From Candidatus Thorarchaeota archaeon (GTDB lineage Archaea; Asgardarchaeota; Thorarchaeia; Thorarchaeales; Thorarchaeaceae), in NCBI GenBank assembly GCA_016839445.1, contig JAEOUG010000037.1, forward strand, positions 1 through 47,917: a DNA stretch of 47,917 bases, written 5' to 3'. The notes beneath the pieces are model-generated. The model worked only from the letters and a program-made list of their open reading frames with translations. It had not been told where the DNA came from and searched no databases. Within the stretch, counting starts at the first letter, position 1. Every line of letters begins with the position of its first letter. The position numbers and the translations under genes were made by a program. Below are positions 27,469 to 36,524 of the stretch, one piece after another.

Positions 27469-28656
27469 ATGACCGCAGGTAGGAGTGTTGCAGGCATTAC
27501 CCTTAGCAACACGATAGCAGTGGCATCGAATGCCCTGTGGATCATGTTCGTGCCCGTTCATCTAGTCATGATTGGTCTGTCTGAGACCTTCGTCGCTCTG
27601 CTGTTCTCATTCTCATCTCTATTGACTGCTCTGTTCAATCTAGTCGGGGGACGGGCGGCTGACAGAGTGGGCAGGAAGCCCACTGCTGTAGCTGGCAGAC
27701 TCATTACGTCGCTTGGAGCACTGCTAGTGTTCCTCTCGACCTCGAATTCGCTCGACGCCATGCACAGTCAGGTTCTGATCTGTATTGGATATCTGATTCT
27801 GAGTTCAGGAAGTGGATTCCGAATGCCCGCGACCTCAATGGCGTTGATGGAGAGCAGCAAGCCATCAAGGCGCGGCCGCACCTACATGACCGCGGAGCGG
27901 TTCGTTCCCTCAATTCTCCCGGCTCTGACAGTTCTTGTTGGTGCCTCGTATTTCGAGGCCGGGCGGCCTGATTTGATGATCCTTGTTGGTTCGATTGGTC
28001 TGGTTCTGTCAGGCCTCGTCCTTCAGTTTGCGCTCGAAGAAACACTTGAGCTCAGCCATATTGACCCGAAGGACATGTCGCGCCCGAAGATTGGATACGA
28101 ATCCGCTTTTGTCCTACTCCTACTTGCGTTTGTGCTTGACAGCGTTTCTCAACGAGGTGTGTCGTGGTATGTTCCCATATACATGGGTCAGGATAGTCTG
28201 CTGCTCTATGGGACTCTGGTTTCAGTATCGACCCTAGTGATTGCCGCCTTCAGCTACGCGTCAGGAATAGTTGTCGACCGCTGGGGTCCTAGAACCGCCC
28301 TTGTTGCGTCTTGGTCACTTCTCTCGGTGATGGTCGTTGTGTTCTCCTTCGTTACTCATCCTCTTGCTGTTGTGGTCTTCTATTCAATCTGGGTTGCACT
28401 TGACACAGTAGACACTGCAGTTCCGCCAATCGTCATTTCCAGAGCCTATCCGGAAAAGGAGCGTGCGACCTACCTGGGGTTATTCAGGATGGTTGTGAAT
28501 TCGAGTCTCTTCCTTGGTCCAATGGCTTCCGGCTTGGTGCTAGCATTAGGCAGCCGCGTCCCGTTCTATCTGAAAGCTGGTATGAACCTCTTGGCCGCAG
28601 GAGTGATAGCAGTAGCACTGAGGGACCTGGATGGCAAATGTAGGCACGGGCAGTAG
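27469..28656 (+). CDS. MFS transporter
   Basis: Motif A in both halves (GGRAADRVGRK, GIVVDRWGPR); about 12 TM. Confidence 0.9.
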   Translation: MTAGRSVAGITLSNTIAVASNALWIMFVPVHLVMIGLSETFVALLFSFSSLLTALFNLVGGRAADRVGRKPTAVAGRLITSLGALLVFLSTSNSLDAMHSQVLICIGYLILSSGSGFRMPATSMALMESSKPSRRGRTYMTAERFVPSILPALTVLVGASYFEAGRPDLMILVGSIGLVLSGLVLQFALEETLELSHIDPKDMSRPKIGYESAFVLLLLAFVLDSVSQRGVSWYVPIYMGQDSLLLYGTLVSVSTLVIAAFSYASGIVVDRWGPRTALVASWSLLSVMVVVFSFVTHPLAVVVFYSIWVALDTVDTAVPPIVISRAYPEKERATYLGLFRMVVNSSLFLGPMASGLVLALGSRVPFYLKAGMNLLAAGVIAVALRDLDGKCRHGQ

Positions 28657-28726
28657 CACTGACATGTCTATCTGTTTCTGCCGCTATCTTTAAGTGTAGA
28701 ACCTAGTCCACCGGTCCGAGGTCGGT

Positions 28727-29134
28727 GTGAACACAGTGAGTGACGAGACCCCAGAACGAAGAGAAATGATTCGATCCACAGTGGTCACTGTAGCTCTAGC
28801 AGCGGCTCTGCTGATTCTCGGACTTGTCTTCTGGGCATGGTCTTCACCGGATGTTGTTGAGACCAGTCCAGTGGGATGGCTCAACGGAATCAGTCCCTAT
28901 CTTACAGTCGTTCTCGAAGTACTCATGATGCTGGGCTTCTTCGTCTTTCTCGTCGTGACCGTCATTAACCTGAAGATGTACCTCACAGGTATCAGAGCCG
29001 GCTGGACCGAAGTAGTGCTGCTTCTTATCTTGGTTTCTGCCATGTCTTGGCTGATGTTCGGCCCAGCCACCGGTGTAGCCACCGCGATTCTCTCTATGGG
29101 CTTCATTGTGTACCTCTATTGGCTCCAAGACTAG
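28727..29134 (+). CDS. Small membrane protein (about 4 TM)
   Basis: Four hydrophobic segments; no recognised motif. Confidence 0.65.
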   Translation: MNTVSDETPERREMIRSTVVTVALAAALLILGLVFWAWSSPDVVETSPVGWLNGISPYLTVVLEVLMMLGFFVFLVVTVINLKMYLTGIRAGWTEVVLLLILVSAMSWLMFGPATGVATAILSMGFIVYLYWLQD

Positions 29135-29319
29135 GGATGACGACGCACCAGAAGCTTTATACGATTAGTCCAACGAAGGCCGATTGAACCCTTGTGCAAT
29201 GAGCCATGGGTTCGCACTAGAAGGAATCTCTCAATACCCGTTGGAATTGCTCAGCTTTCGCCCCTATTGCAGGGTTCTGACTTCTGACGTGTTCTGTAGA
29301 TTTCCTGGAGGAACATACT

Positions 29320-30042
29320 GTGTTTGGGATCTCTGGCGCTGGATACGATATGAGTACAAGTATCTTCAGCCCTGACGGACGAATATTCGCAGCGGAGTAC
29401 GCCAAGAAGGCGGTGGAACAAGGCGCCACCTCTATAGGCGTGCTGACGGATGACGGTGTAGTTCTTCTCGCTGAGAAGAGAGTCATGCCGCTGCAAGAGC
29501 CTGACAGTGTTGAGAAGATATCTAAGATTGATGAGCACATCGGTGTTGCCACATCAGGATTCATGGCGGATGCTCGAAAGCTCATCTATGAAGCCAGAAT
29601 CAAAGCCCAGTCATATTGGCTGACCTATGAAGAACAGGTTCCTGCAGAGGCCGTCGCTGAACACATCTGTGATGTGAAGGCGCAGTTCACCCAAGGAGGC
29701 GGGGCGCGCCCATATGGTGTTGCGATGATCATCGGCTCAATCGATGCAGATGGGGCACCACGACTATTCGTGACAGACCCTGTAGGCACATATTGGGGCT
29801 TCCTGGCGGCCGTGATTGGACGCGGAACAGCCAGAGCGGGCGAGTATCTTGAGAAGAACTACTCCAAGAGCGGGACACTTGATCAAGCGATCAAAGTGGC
29901 TCTTGGCGCCCTCAGAGAATCATCTGAGAAGGATCTCACCGAGGACAGTGTTGAGATCGCGAGGATTCCGAAGAAGACACGCGTCTTCGAGAAACTGACT
30001 GCAAAGCAAGTTAAGGGCTACCTACAGCCCGCACAGAAGTAG
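29320..30042 (+). CDS. psmA: Proteasome alpha subunit
   Basis: GYD....FSPDGR...EYA.KAV..G, VEKI..ID.HI, SG..AD, RPYGV, TDP.G. Confidence 0.96.
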   Translation: MFGISGAGYDMSTSIFSPDGRIFAAEYAKKAVEQGATSIGVLTDDGVVLLAEKRVMPLQEPDSVEKISKIDEHIGVATSGFMADARKLIYEARIKAQSYWLTYEEQVPAEAVAEHICDVKAQFTQGGGARPYGVAMIIGSIDADGAPRLFVTDPVGTYWGFLAAVIGRGTARAGEYLEKNYSKSGTLDQAIKVALGALRESSEKDLTEDSVEIARIPKKTRVFEKLTAKQVKGYLQPAQK

Positions 30043-30068
30043 GTCGAGAATGGGGAGATGAGTGACAC

Positions 30069-30800
30069 ATGACAGGTGGCGGTTCAGGCAGGAAGACTGG
30101 TGAGAAATGGATTGATTTGGATGCTGTAGTTGTCGGCATCAAGAAGGGTCATCTTCGGTTCGAGCTGTTCGTTGATCCTGACCTCGCATTCGAATATCGG
30201 AGAGGGACTGAAATCCCTCTTGCAGACATTCTGAAATCGTACGATATCTATGAGGATGCGAAACGAGGAGAGCACGCAACAGACAGCCTTGTAGAGGATG
30301 CGTTTGGCTCGACAGACGTATTCGACATTGCTCCAGAGATTATCAAACAGGGAGAGTTTCGTCTGACTCACGAGCAGCGGAATCAGCTTGTGGATGAAAA
30401 GACCGAAGCGATTGTCGAAAACATCTCTAAGAGGGCCATGAACCCCCAGACCGGACACCCCCATCCTCCTGATCGAATTCGTCAAGCCATGGAGGAGGCG
30501 AAGGTTCGAGTCGACCCCTTCATCAGCGTTGATGAACAGGTGCCGACAGTGGTGAAGGCACTCCGTGTCATCATACCAATCTCGTTTGAAAGCGTGAAGC
30601 TTCAGGTCATGATTCCTGCAGCCTACTCAGGAAAGGGATACAATCTAGTCGCGAGCACAGGTGTCATTAAGTCAGAGTCCTGGGGGCAGGATGGCTCCTG
30701 GACAGGCTTGGTTGAGCTTCCTGCTCAGAAGAGACAGGAGCTCTATGATGAGCTGAACAAACTGACAAAGGGTCAGATTAGGATAGAACTCGTCAGATGA
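30069..30800 (+). CDS. sdo1: Ribosome maturation protein SBDS/Sdo1
   Basis: RFE..VDP, KQGE..LT.EQR, NPQT..PHPP.RI..AM; canonical position after psmA. Confidence 0.95.
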   Translation: MTGGGSGRKTGEKWIDLDAVVVGIKKGHLRFELFVDPDLAFEYRRGTEIPLADILKSYDIYEDAKRGEHATDSLVEDAFGSTDVFDIAPEIIKQGEFRLTHEQRNQLVDEKTEAIVENISKRAMNPQTGHPHPPDRIRQAMEEAKVRVDPFISVDEQVPTVVKALRVIIPISFESVKLQVMIPAAYSGKGYNLVASTGVIKSESWGQDGSWTGLVELPAQKRQELYDELNKLTKGQIRIELVR

Positions 30801-30848
30801 CGAGAATGAATCTATGACATGAACATGATATGATTTGAGGGAAAAGAA

Positions 30849-31757
30849 TTGGCAGTATACTTTCAGAAACGTGAAGTAGTAGTCCCTGGCCAGTTACTTG
30901 CTGATGGTAGATACCGTGCATCATACGGTACATACGATGATGATGGTAAGATATACTCGGCCCTTGTTGGCCTGGCTGAACTCAGAGGCAATACCGTGAA
31001 GGTTGTTGCTCTGGAGGGAGCCTACGTGCCCAAAGAAGGAGACCTTGTCTTGGGTACCATCACCATGGTTGCAGGTAACAACTGGAAAGTGGACATTGGA
31101 GGTCCTTATCAGGCATCCTTGCACGCGAACAATGCTCTGAGGCGACCCTACTCTGATGACATATCGGAGTACATGGATGTCGGCGACGTGATCTCTGCGG
31201 AGATAGCGACTTTCGATAGACAGAGTGGCCCGTTCCTTAGTATGAAGGGTCGTGGTCTGAGGAAGCTGGAAGGGGGAATGATTCTGGACGTAAGTCCGGC
31301 GAAGATTCCTAGGATAATCGGCAGAAGAGGATCCATGATCAACATGATCAAGGACCATCTGAGGATTCAGACCACAGTGGGCCAGAACGGCAGAATCTGG
31401 ATTCGTGCTCCCGATGTCGAAACCCTAAGGCTGGCCATCAACGCTTTCAAGACCATAGAGGCACAAGCTCACACGTCTAAGCTGACAGATCGCATCAGCG
31501 GCATGATAGTTGAAGGACTTGCAGAGATTGATGCCGGGAAGAAAGGCCACCCTAAGAAGCCGACACCTGAGGATTCTGAACCAGAGGATTTCGAGTCCCC
31601 AGAGGACGAGGCCCTGGAAGATGAGTCCGCAATAGATGAAACAGATGAGGATGAGTTTCCAGAAGATGAGGCTCAGGAAGAAGAGCCTGAGGAAGAAGCA
31701 CCTGCAGATGAGGCAGATTCAGAAGACAGTATTGAAGCAGAGGAAGTGAATGAATAA
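30849..31757 (+). CDS. rrp4: Exosome RNA-binding subunit Rrp4 with acidic C-terminal extension
   Basis: VVPGQLL, Y.P.EGD.V.G (S1), KIPRIIGRRGSMI (KH), GQNGRIW, EAQAHT..LTDR. Confidence 0.95.
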   Translation: MAVYFQKREVVVPGQLLADGRYRASYGTYDDDGKIYSALVGLAELRGNTVKVVALEGAYVPKEGDLVLGTITMVAGNNWKVDIGGPYQASLHANNALRRPYSDDISEYMDVGDVISAEIATFDRQSGPFLSMKGRGLRKLEGGMILDVSPAKIPRIIGRRGSMINMIKDHLRIQTTVGQNGRIWIRAPDVETLRLAINAFKTIEAQAHTSKLTDRISGMIVEGLAEIDAGKKGHPKKPTPEDSEPEDFESPEDEALEDESAIDETDEDEFPEDEAQEEEPEEEAPADEADSEDSIEAEEVNE

Positions 31758-32584
31758 TGAGTCCAGAGAAGAGACCCGATTTTCTGATCAGTGCAGAGGG
31801 TCTACGGGTTGACGGAAGAAGGCCCGACGAATTGAGACCAATCGAGCTCAAGGTCGGCGTGTTGAAACAAGCGGATGGATCTGCATCCATCAGGCAGGGC
31901 AAGACGTACATCATTGCAGGAGTCTACGGCCCTCGGGAATTGCATCCCCGACATTTGACTCTAAACGATAGAGCGTACCTGCGTGTTGTATACAGAATGG
32001 CTACATTCTCGGTACCGGATCGAAAGCGTCCAGCCCCCTCCCGCAGAGAGAAGGAAATCTCGATGGTGGTGGCAAACGCGCTAGCTCCGAGTATCTTCTT
32101 GGAGGAATTCCCGAAGGCGGTGATTGACGTGTTCATACAGGTCATCCAAGCTGACGGCGGAACGAGATGTGCGGCTATCAATGCTGCGTCACTTGCTCTC
32201 GCGGATGCTGGAATCCCAATGAGGAGTCTAATTCCCGCGGTTGCCGTTGGCAAGGCCGATGGCAAACTCGTAGTGGACCTAGGCGACGAGGAAGACAAGT
32301 ACGGTCAGGGCGATGTCCCAATGGCAATCATCCCTCAGACCGGAGACCTTACTCTCCTGCAGCAGGACGGCTCCTTCACACGCGAGGAACTCATGGAGGC
32401 AATTCCGATGGGCATCAGTGCCTGTAATTATATCCATGAACTCCAGAAGGAAGCTCTGAAGCGGGCCTACGTGAGAAGGCCAGAGGATGGCGAAGATGAC
32501 GAAGATGACGATAGCTACGATGACTATGAGGACGACCTCGAAACCGATCTCGGCGAGGCAGACCTGATGGAGGATGAGGATTAA
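31757..32584 (+). CDS. rrp41: Exosome exonuclease Rrp41
   Basis: RVDGR..DELRP, VYGPRE, RREKEIS, QADGGTR, EDKYGQGD.P. Confidence 0.96.
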   Translation: MSPEKRPDFLISAEGLRVDGRRPDELRPIELKVGVLKQADGSASIRQGKTYIIAGVYGPRELHPRHLTLNDRAYLRVVYRMATFSVPDRKRPAPSRREKEISMVVANALAPSIFLEEFPKAVIDVFIQVIQADGGTRCAAINAASLALADAGIPMRSLIPAVAVGKADGKLVVDLGDEEDKYGQGDVPMAIIPQTGDLTLLQQDGSFTREELMEAIPMGISACNYIHELQKEALKRAYVRRPEDGEDDEDDDSYDDYEDDLETDLGEADLMEDED

Positions 32585-33411
32585 TGGGTGATTTCACAGC
32601 TGAAACAATCAGTCACATTGACCGTGAGTTTATTGCAGACCTTCTGAGGAAGGGCGAGCGTCTAGACGGACGCGGCTTCGACGAGTATCGAGAGCTGAGC
32701 ATTACGGCAGACGTAGTTCCCGCAAAGGCTGAAGGTTCTGCAATGGTCCAGTTAGGTGATACATCTGTAGTGGCTGGCGTCAAGGTTCTGGTCGGCGAGC
32801 CATATCCGGACTCACCCGACGAGGGAGTCACAATGGTCACCGCAGAGATGTCGCCAATAGCCTCGCCTCTCTTCGAACTGGGGCCCCCGAGGGAAGACGC
32901 AATCGAGCTTGCCCGAATTGTGGACCGCGGTGTCCGCGAGTCTGAGACTGTGGATGCTAAGGGCCTCTGTATCGAGAAGGGGAAGCAGGTGTACATGGTC
33001 TTCGCGGATGTCTATCCATTGGAGTACGATGGTAACCTCATTGACGCATCATCAATTGCTGTCAACACAGCCCTGCTGGGCACAAGGTTTCCAGAGATGA
33101 AGATCGAGAATGATGAGCTGGTTGAAACCGGGAAGCTACTCTCATTGCCAATCAAGAACATCGCCATTGAGCACACTGTTGCCCTGATTGGCAAGCATCT
33201 CATCGTCGACCCAATCCTCAAGGAGGAGTTCGTGCAGGACTGCCGACTCACCATGGCTGTAGACCGTGATGACAACTTCACGGCCATGCAGAAGGGTGGC
33301 GGAATCGGTCCCATGTCTCTCGAGCTTGTCGACAAGGCTATGGAGATGGCTCTGGGACAGGCGAAGCCCATTCGTGAAGCCATCAACGAAGCGGTCAAGC
33401 ACATAGTGTAA
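32584..33411 (+). CDS. rrp42: Exosome subunit Rrp42
   Basis: RLDGR.FDEYR, KAEGSA.V.LG.T, ELARIVDRG.RES, DGNLIDA, MQKG. Confidence 0.96.
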   Translation: MGDFTAETISHIDREFIADLLRKGERLDGRGFDEYRELSITADVVPAKAEGSAMVQLGDTSVVAGVKVLVGEPYPDSPDEGVTMVTAEMSPIASPLFELGPPREDAIELARIVDRGVRESETVDAKGLCIEKGKQVYMVFADVYPLEYDGNLIDASSIAVNTALLGTRFPEMKIENDELVETGKLLSLPIKNIAIEHTVALIGKHLIVDPILKEEFVQDCRLTMAVDRDDNFTAMQKGGGIGPMSLELVDKAMEMALGQAKPIREAINEAVKHIV

Positions 33412-33419
33412 GAGCGATT

Positions 33420-33448
33420 GAGGGCGTTCGCACCAGATGAACGCCCTC
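33420..33448 (+). terminator. Perfect 10-bp hairpin after rrp42 (possible terminator or processing site)
   Basis: GAGGGCGTTC-N9-GAACGCCCTC followed by pyrimidines TTCTC. Confidence 0.45.
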
Positions 33449-33546
33449 TTCTCACATTCAGATAGATACGCTTATAGGCGAAACCTGAGGGCGACTGGTA
33501 GAATCCAGCAGCCTGGGTTTCACTCACTCAAAAGGAGAGAATTGAT

Positions 33547-33942
33547 TTGGCGCGTACCAAGAAGGTTGGTAGCACTGGCAGATTCGGCCCGAGATATGGC
33601 GCAAAGCTAAGGAGAAGAGTCCTTGATATTGACAACCGGAGGAAGGATCCGACTCGCTGCCCATCTTGCGCTACAAAGGCACTGAAGAGGAAGGCTGCGG
33701 GACTCTGGAATTGCACCAAGTGCGGTCTTGTCTTTGCAGGAGGGGCATATGTTCCCTTCACAGATGCAGGAAAGGCTGCGAAGCGAGCTATCGCTCAGCG
33801 CGTTGCAGGTGACTTTCTTGCCCTTCGCGATGATGAGGATGTCGAAGATGTTCTCGACTTCTTGCCTAATGTAGAGCCTGAAGAAGAAGAGGTAGTCATT
33901 GACGCTGAAACTATCTCATCCGAGGACGACGAAGCACCATAA
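33547..33942 (+). CDS. rpl37ae: 50S ribosomal protein L37Ae (eL43) with acidic tail
   Basis: KKVGSTGRFGPRYG, zinc ribbon CPSC...W.CTKC, FAGGAY.P. Confidence 0.96.
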   Translation: MARTKKVGSTGRFGPRYGAKLRRRVLDIDNRRKDPTRCPSCATKALKRKAAGLWNCTKCGLVFAGGAYVPFTDAGKAAKRAIAQRVAGDFLALRDDEDVEDVLDFLPNVEPEEEEVVIDAETISSEDDEAP

Positions 33943-33962
33943 GAGCAAGCAGGCCGAGTGAT

Positions 33963-34529
33963 TTGCCCACTCTATTGATTACCACTTCGAGAAAGACATC
34001 AAACAGAATACGCTCTTTTGCGCGAGATTTGTGGTCTGTGCTCCCGTCCTCAGATAGGTTCAACCGAGGAGGCATGGGCATTGGCGAGCTCGTTTCCAGA
34101 ATCGCTTCGTCAGGTTCCGAGGCCGCCTTGATCATATCCAATTGGAAGGGAAATCCGGGGGATCTCACGCTCCTTCTACCTGATGGAAGTCAGGGATTCA
34201 CTCTCAGGATCGAAAGCGCTGCACTGCGGAGAGAGGTCGATGAGGGCAGCAGGCCGAGAATCAGCTCCATTGCGGGAGTCTTCTTGAAGCCCGGCTCTGC
34301 GACCGAGGCTACCCAGCTTGCCGAGCGACTGGGCTCAGTTCTCCACGTCGATGTAAGAGTATCCGAGTCTGTCCCTGCTGGTGGGCAATTGGGAGGAGTG
34401 GCGATCTGGCTTGAGTCTCTGCCCTCAGGAAAGACTCTTTGGACGCATCATCATACTCATGATGGCAGGGAGATCGGACCGAGAATTCGCCTAAAGCAAT
34501 CAAGGAGGCCAGACACTGAGCTCCAGTGA
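33963..34529 (+). CDS. Brix/Imp4 domain ribosome biogenesis protein
   Basis: LITTSRK.S.R.RSF, NRG, KGNP, GP.IRL; canonical position. Confidence 0.85.
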   Translation: MPTLLITTSRKTSNRIRSFARDLWSVLPSSDRFNRGGMGIGELVSRIASSGSEAALIISNWKGNPGDLTLLLPDGSQGFTLRIESAALRREVDEGSRPRISSIAGVFLKPGSATEATQLAERLGSVLHVDVRVSESVPAGGQLGGVAIWLESLPSGKTLWTHHHTHDGREIGPRIRLKQSRRPDTELQ

Positions 34530-34530
34530 C

Positions 34531-34776
34531 GTGACCGGGACATCGGTACTGGAAATCGAGCTCGATAGCGAACAGGAGGCGAAAGTCATCTATGATGCCC
34601 TGCTCCCAGAGACGCAGTCTGTACCATCCGACAGGGCAGAAACCTCCGTTACTGTTCAGGGCTCCTCTGTCCGAATCGAGATCCGTGCCGGAGATCTCAC
34701 TGCGCTCCGCGCAGCTATGAACTCCTTTTTGGCTTGGGTCTCGGCGTGCAAGCGAACCCTCGACTCACTGGACTGA
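34531..34776 (+). CDS. pcc1: KEOPS complex subunit Pcc1
   Basis: IY.AL.PE, DL.ALRAAMNSFL.W; canonical position. Confidence 0.9.
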   Translation: MTGTSVLEIELDSEQEAKVIYDALLPETQSVPSDRAETSVTVQGSSVRIEIRAGDLTALRAAMNSFLAWVSACKRTLDSLD

Positions 34777-34844
34777 GGCACATGCCAAAATCCTTAAGAA
34801 ACAAGTCCGACGGCGAACTCTGACCACGACGAGAGTGAAGTGAA

Positions 34845-35207
34845 ATGGCTCAGAGTATCCCCCCTGCGCTTGAAGACGAGTTGCGAAAGTACGAGAACAT
34901 GCGACGACAGCACGAGAGTCAGTCCGTGATGCTTCAAGCCATCGTCAACGAGTTGAAAGAGGTCGAGCTCACGCTCGATGAACTCCGAAAAGAGTCCGAC
35001 GATGTAGTGACATACAAGGCCGTTGGACAGGTCATGTTCAAAGTAGAGAAGCCTGCTCTTGTGGAGGAACTGGAAGAGAAACAGCGCACTCTGACAATTC
35101 GGAAGGAGAAGACTGAGAAATCAGTCAAGTCCATGTCCGATAGTCTCACAGGACTCCAATCAAAGATACAGCTAGAGCTCTCGAAGCGCAATCTCCGGCT
35201 CCAGTGA
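34845..35207 (+). CDS. pfdB: Prefoldin beta subunit
   Basis: Coiled coil / YKAVGQVM hairpin / coiled coil. Confidence 0.9.
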   Translation: MAQSIPPALEDELRKYENMRRQHESQSVMLQAIVNELKEVELTLDELRKESDDVVTYKAVGQVMFKVEKPALVEELEEKQRTLTIRKEKTEKSVKSMSDSLTGLQSKIQLELSKRNLRLQ

Positions 35208-35512
35208 ACGCGATGAACTCGGTCAGAATCGGCCTCCCCCCGGTTTCCGAAGAGGAGCTGGAGCGGCTTGCTGAGGATTGTGAGGAGTACATCTCACAGT
35301 ACATCATGAAGAGAATACCTGAGAAGAGCATTGAGAACATGTTCATCAGTTGCGACCTGGCTCTGCAAGACGGTCAACTAGACGCCGATATCCAGATTGA
35401 GATTGACCAGTCGTATGACACAGGGCACTCCCTCGACGACCTAGCAGAAGAGGCTGGCGAGGCCGGCATGGAGTGGCTTGAGAAGCAGCTGATGGAGATG
35501 AAGGAACGATGA
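35204..35512 (+). CDS. DUF3194-like small acidic protein
   Basis: IGLP..SEEEL..LAE..E.YI pattern; position between pfdB and the DHH gene. Confidence 0.6.
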   Translation: MNAMNSVRIGLPPVSEEELERLAEDCEEYISQYIMKRIPEKSIENMFISCDLALQDGQLDADIQIEIDQSYDTGHSLDDLAEEAGEAGMEWLEKQLMEMKER

Positions 35513-36513
35513 ACCTGAGGAGCCTTGTTTCGCAGGCACGTAGGATTTTGATTATGGGGCATCAGAACGCTGATCCCGACGCGGTCTGCGCCATGGCCGC
35601 GATGAAGTCACTGATATCCAGTATCAATAGTGACGTTGAGATTGAGATGGTCGCCGATGACGTGAGCCGTCTCTCAATCCAGGTCATGGGTGTCCTAGCT
35701 CCTGAGGAACGCATCTCAGAAGATGTCAAAGGTGATCACGACCTGCTTGTCCTTCTTGACACCAACAGCAGATACCAGCTCGGTGATAGGTTCCAGGAAG
35801 TTCCACAGAATCCTGAGTACACAATCGTCATTGACCACCACGAACCTAATCCAGACATCGACCAGCTCTCTCTGCACACGCTTGTAAGAAGCGACCGATA
35901 CTCCACGTGTGAGATAATCGCTGACATGTTTGATGAGAACGAGATCAAGATGAGTTCTGGGATAGCGAGTCTACTCTTGACTGGCCTCCTCTTTGACACT
36001 CGTCGATTCTTCTACTCTGACACCATCACTCTTCGGACTGCGCTCGCGCTATTGGAACGCGGAGCCAATTACGATGACTGTGTCAGATCGCTCATTATCC
36101 AGCCTGATCGATCCGAACGGATCGCGCGTCTAACTGCGGCAGGGAGGCTAAAGATACACAATGTCGGCAATTGGGTAGTAGTCACGTCGAAAGTTCGTGC
36201 CTTCGAAGCTAGTGCATGTCGAGCACTGATTGATGTTGGAGCCGATGTCGCTATCGTTGGAGGACGACCCGACAAGAACCAAGTTCGGTTGAGTTCCAGA
36301 AGCACTCGTGAGTTCTCTCGAGAGACCCGCGTGAATCTTGGCGCTGATGTTATGGAGCCTCTCGGGCCTCTCATTGGGGGAAAAGGCGGTGGTCATGCAA
36401 ACGCAGCCGGTGCAAATGGCGTGGAGAACCTCGAGGAAGCCTTGACAAGAGCAGTAGACTTGATTAGGATGGCAGTCGAGCGAGAGGCAGGGAAGAATAC
36501 CGGAGATACTTAG
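35509..36513 (+). CDS. DHH family phosphoesterase (NrnA-like)
   Basis: HQNADPDA, LDT, IDHH, DT..F, GGGH.NAAG (DHHA1). Confidence 0.92.
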   Translation: MNLRSLVSQARRILIMGHQNADPDAVCAMAAMKSLISSINSDVEIEMVADDVSRLSIQVMGVLAPEERISEDVKGDHDLLVLLDTNSRYQLGDRFQEVPQNPEYTIVIDHHEPNPDIDQLSLHTLVRSDRYSTCEIIADMFDENEIKMSSGIASLLLTGLLFDTRRFFYSDTITLRTALALLERGANYDDCVRSLIIQPDRSERIARLTAAGRLKIHNVGNWVVVTSKVRAFEASACRALIDVGADVAIVGGRPDKNQVRLSSRSTREFSRETRVNLGADVMEPLGPLIGGKGGGHANAAGANGVENLEEALTRAVDLIRMAVEREAGKNTGDT

Positions 36514-36524
36514 GAGGTAGTTCT

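Noticed and set aside
31560-31757. GAR/GAY-rich repetitive DNA
   Set aside because: Codon bias of the acidic Rrp4 tail; no fixed repeat unit and no CRISPR-like spacers.
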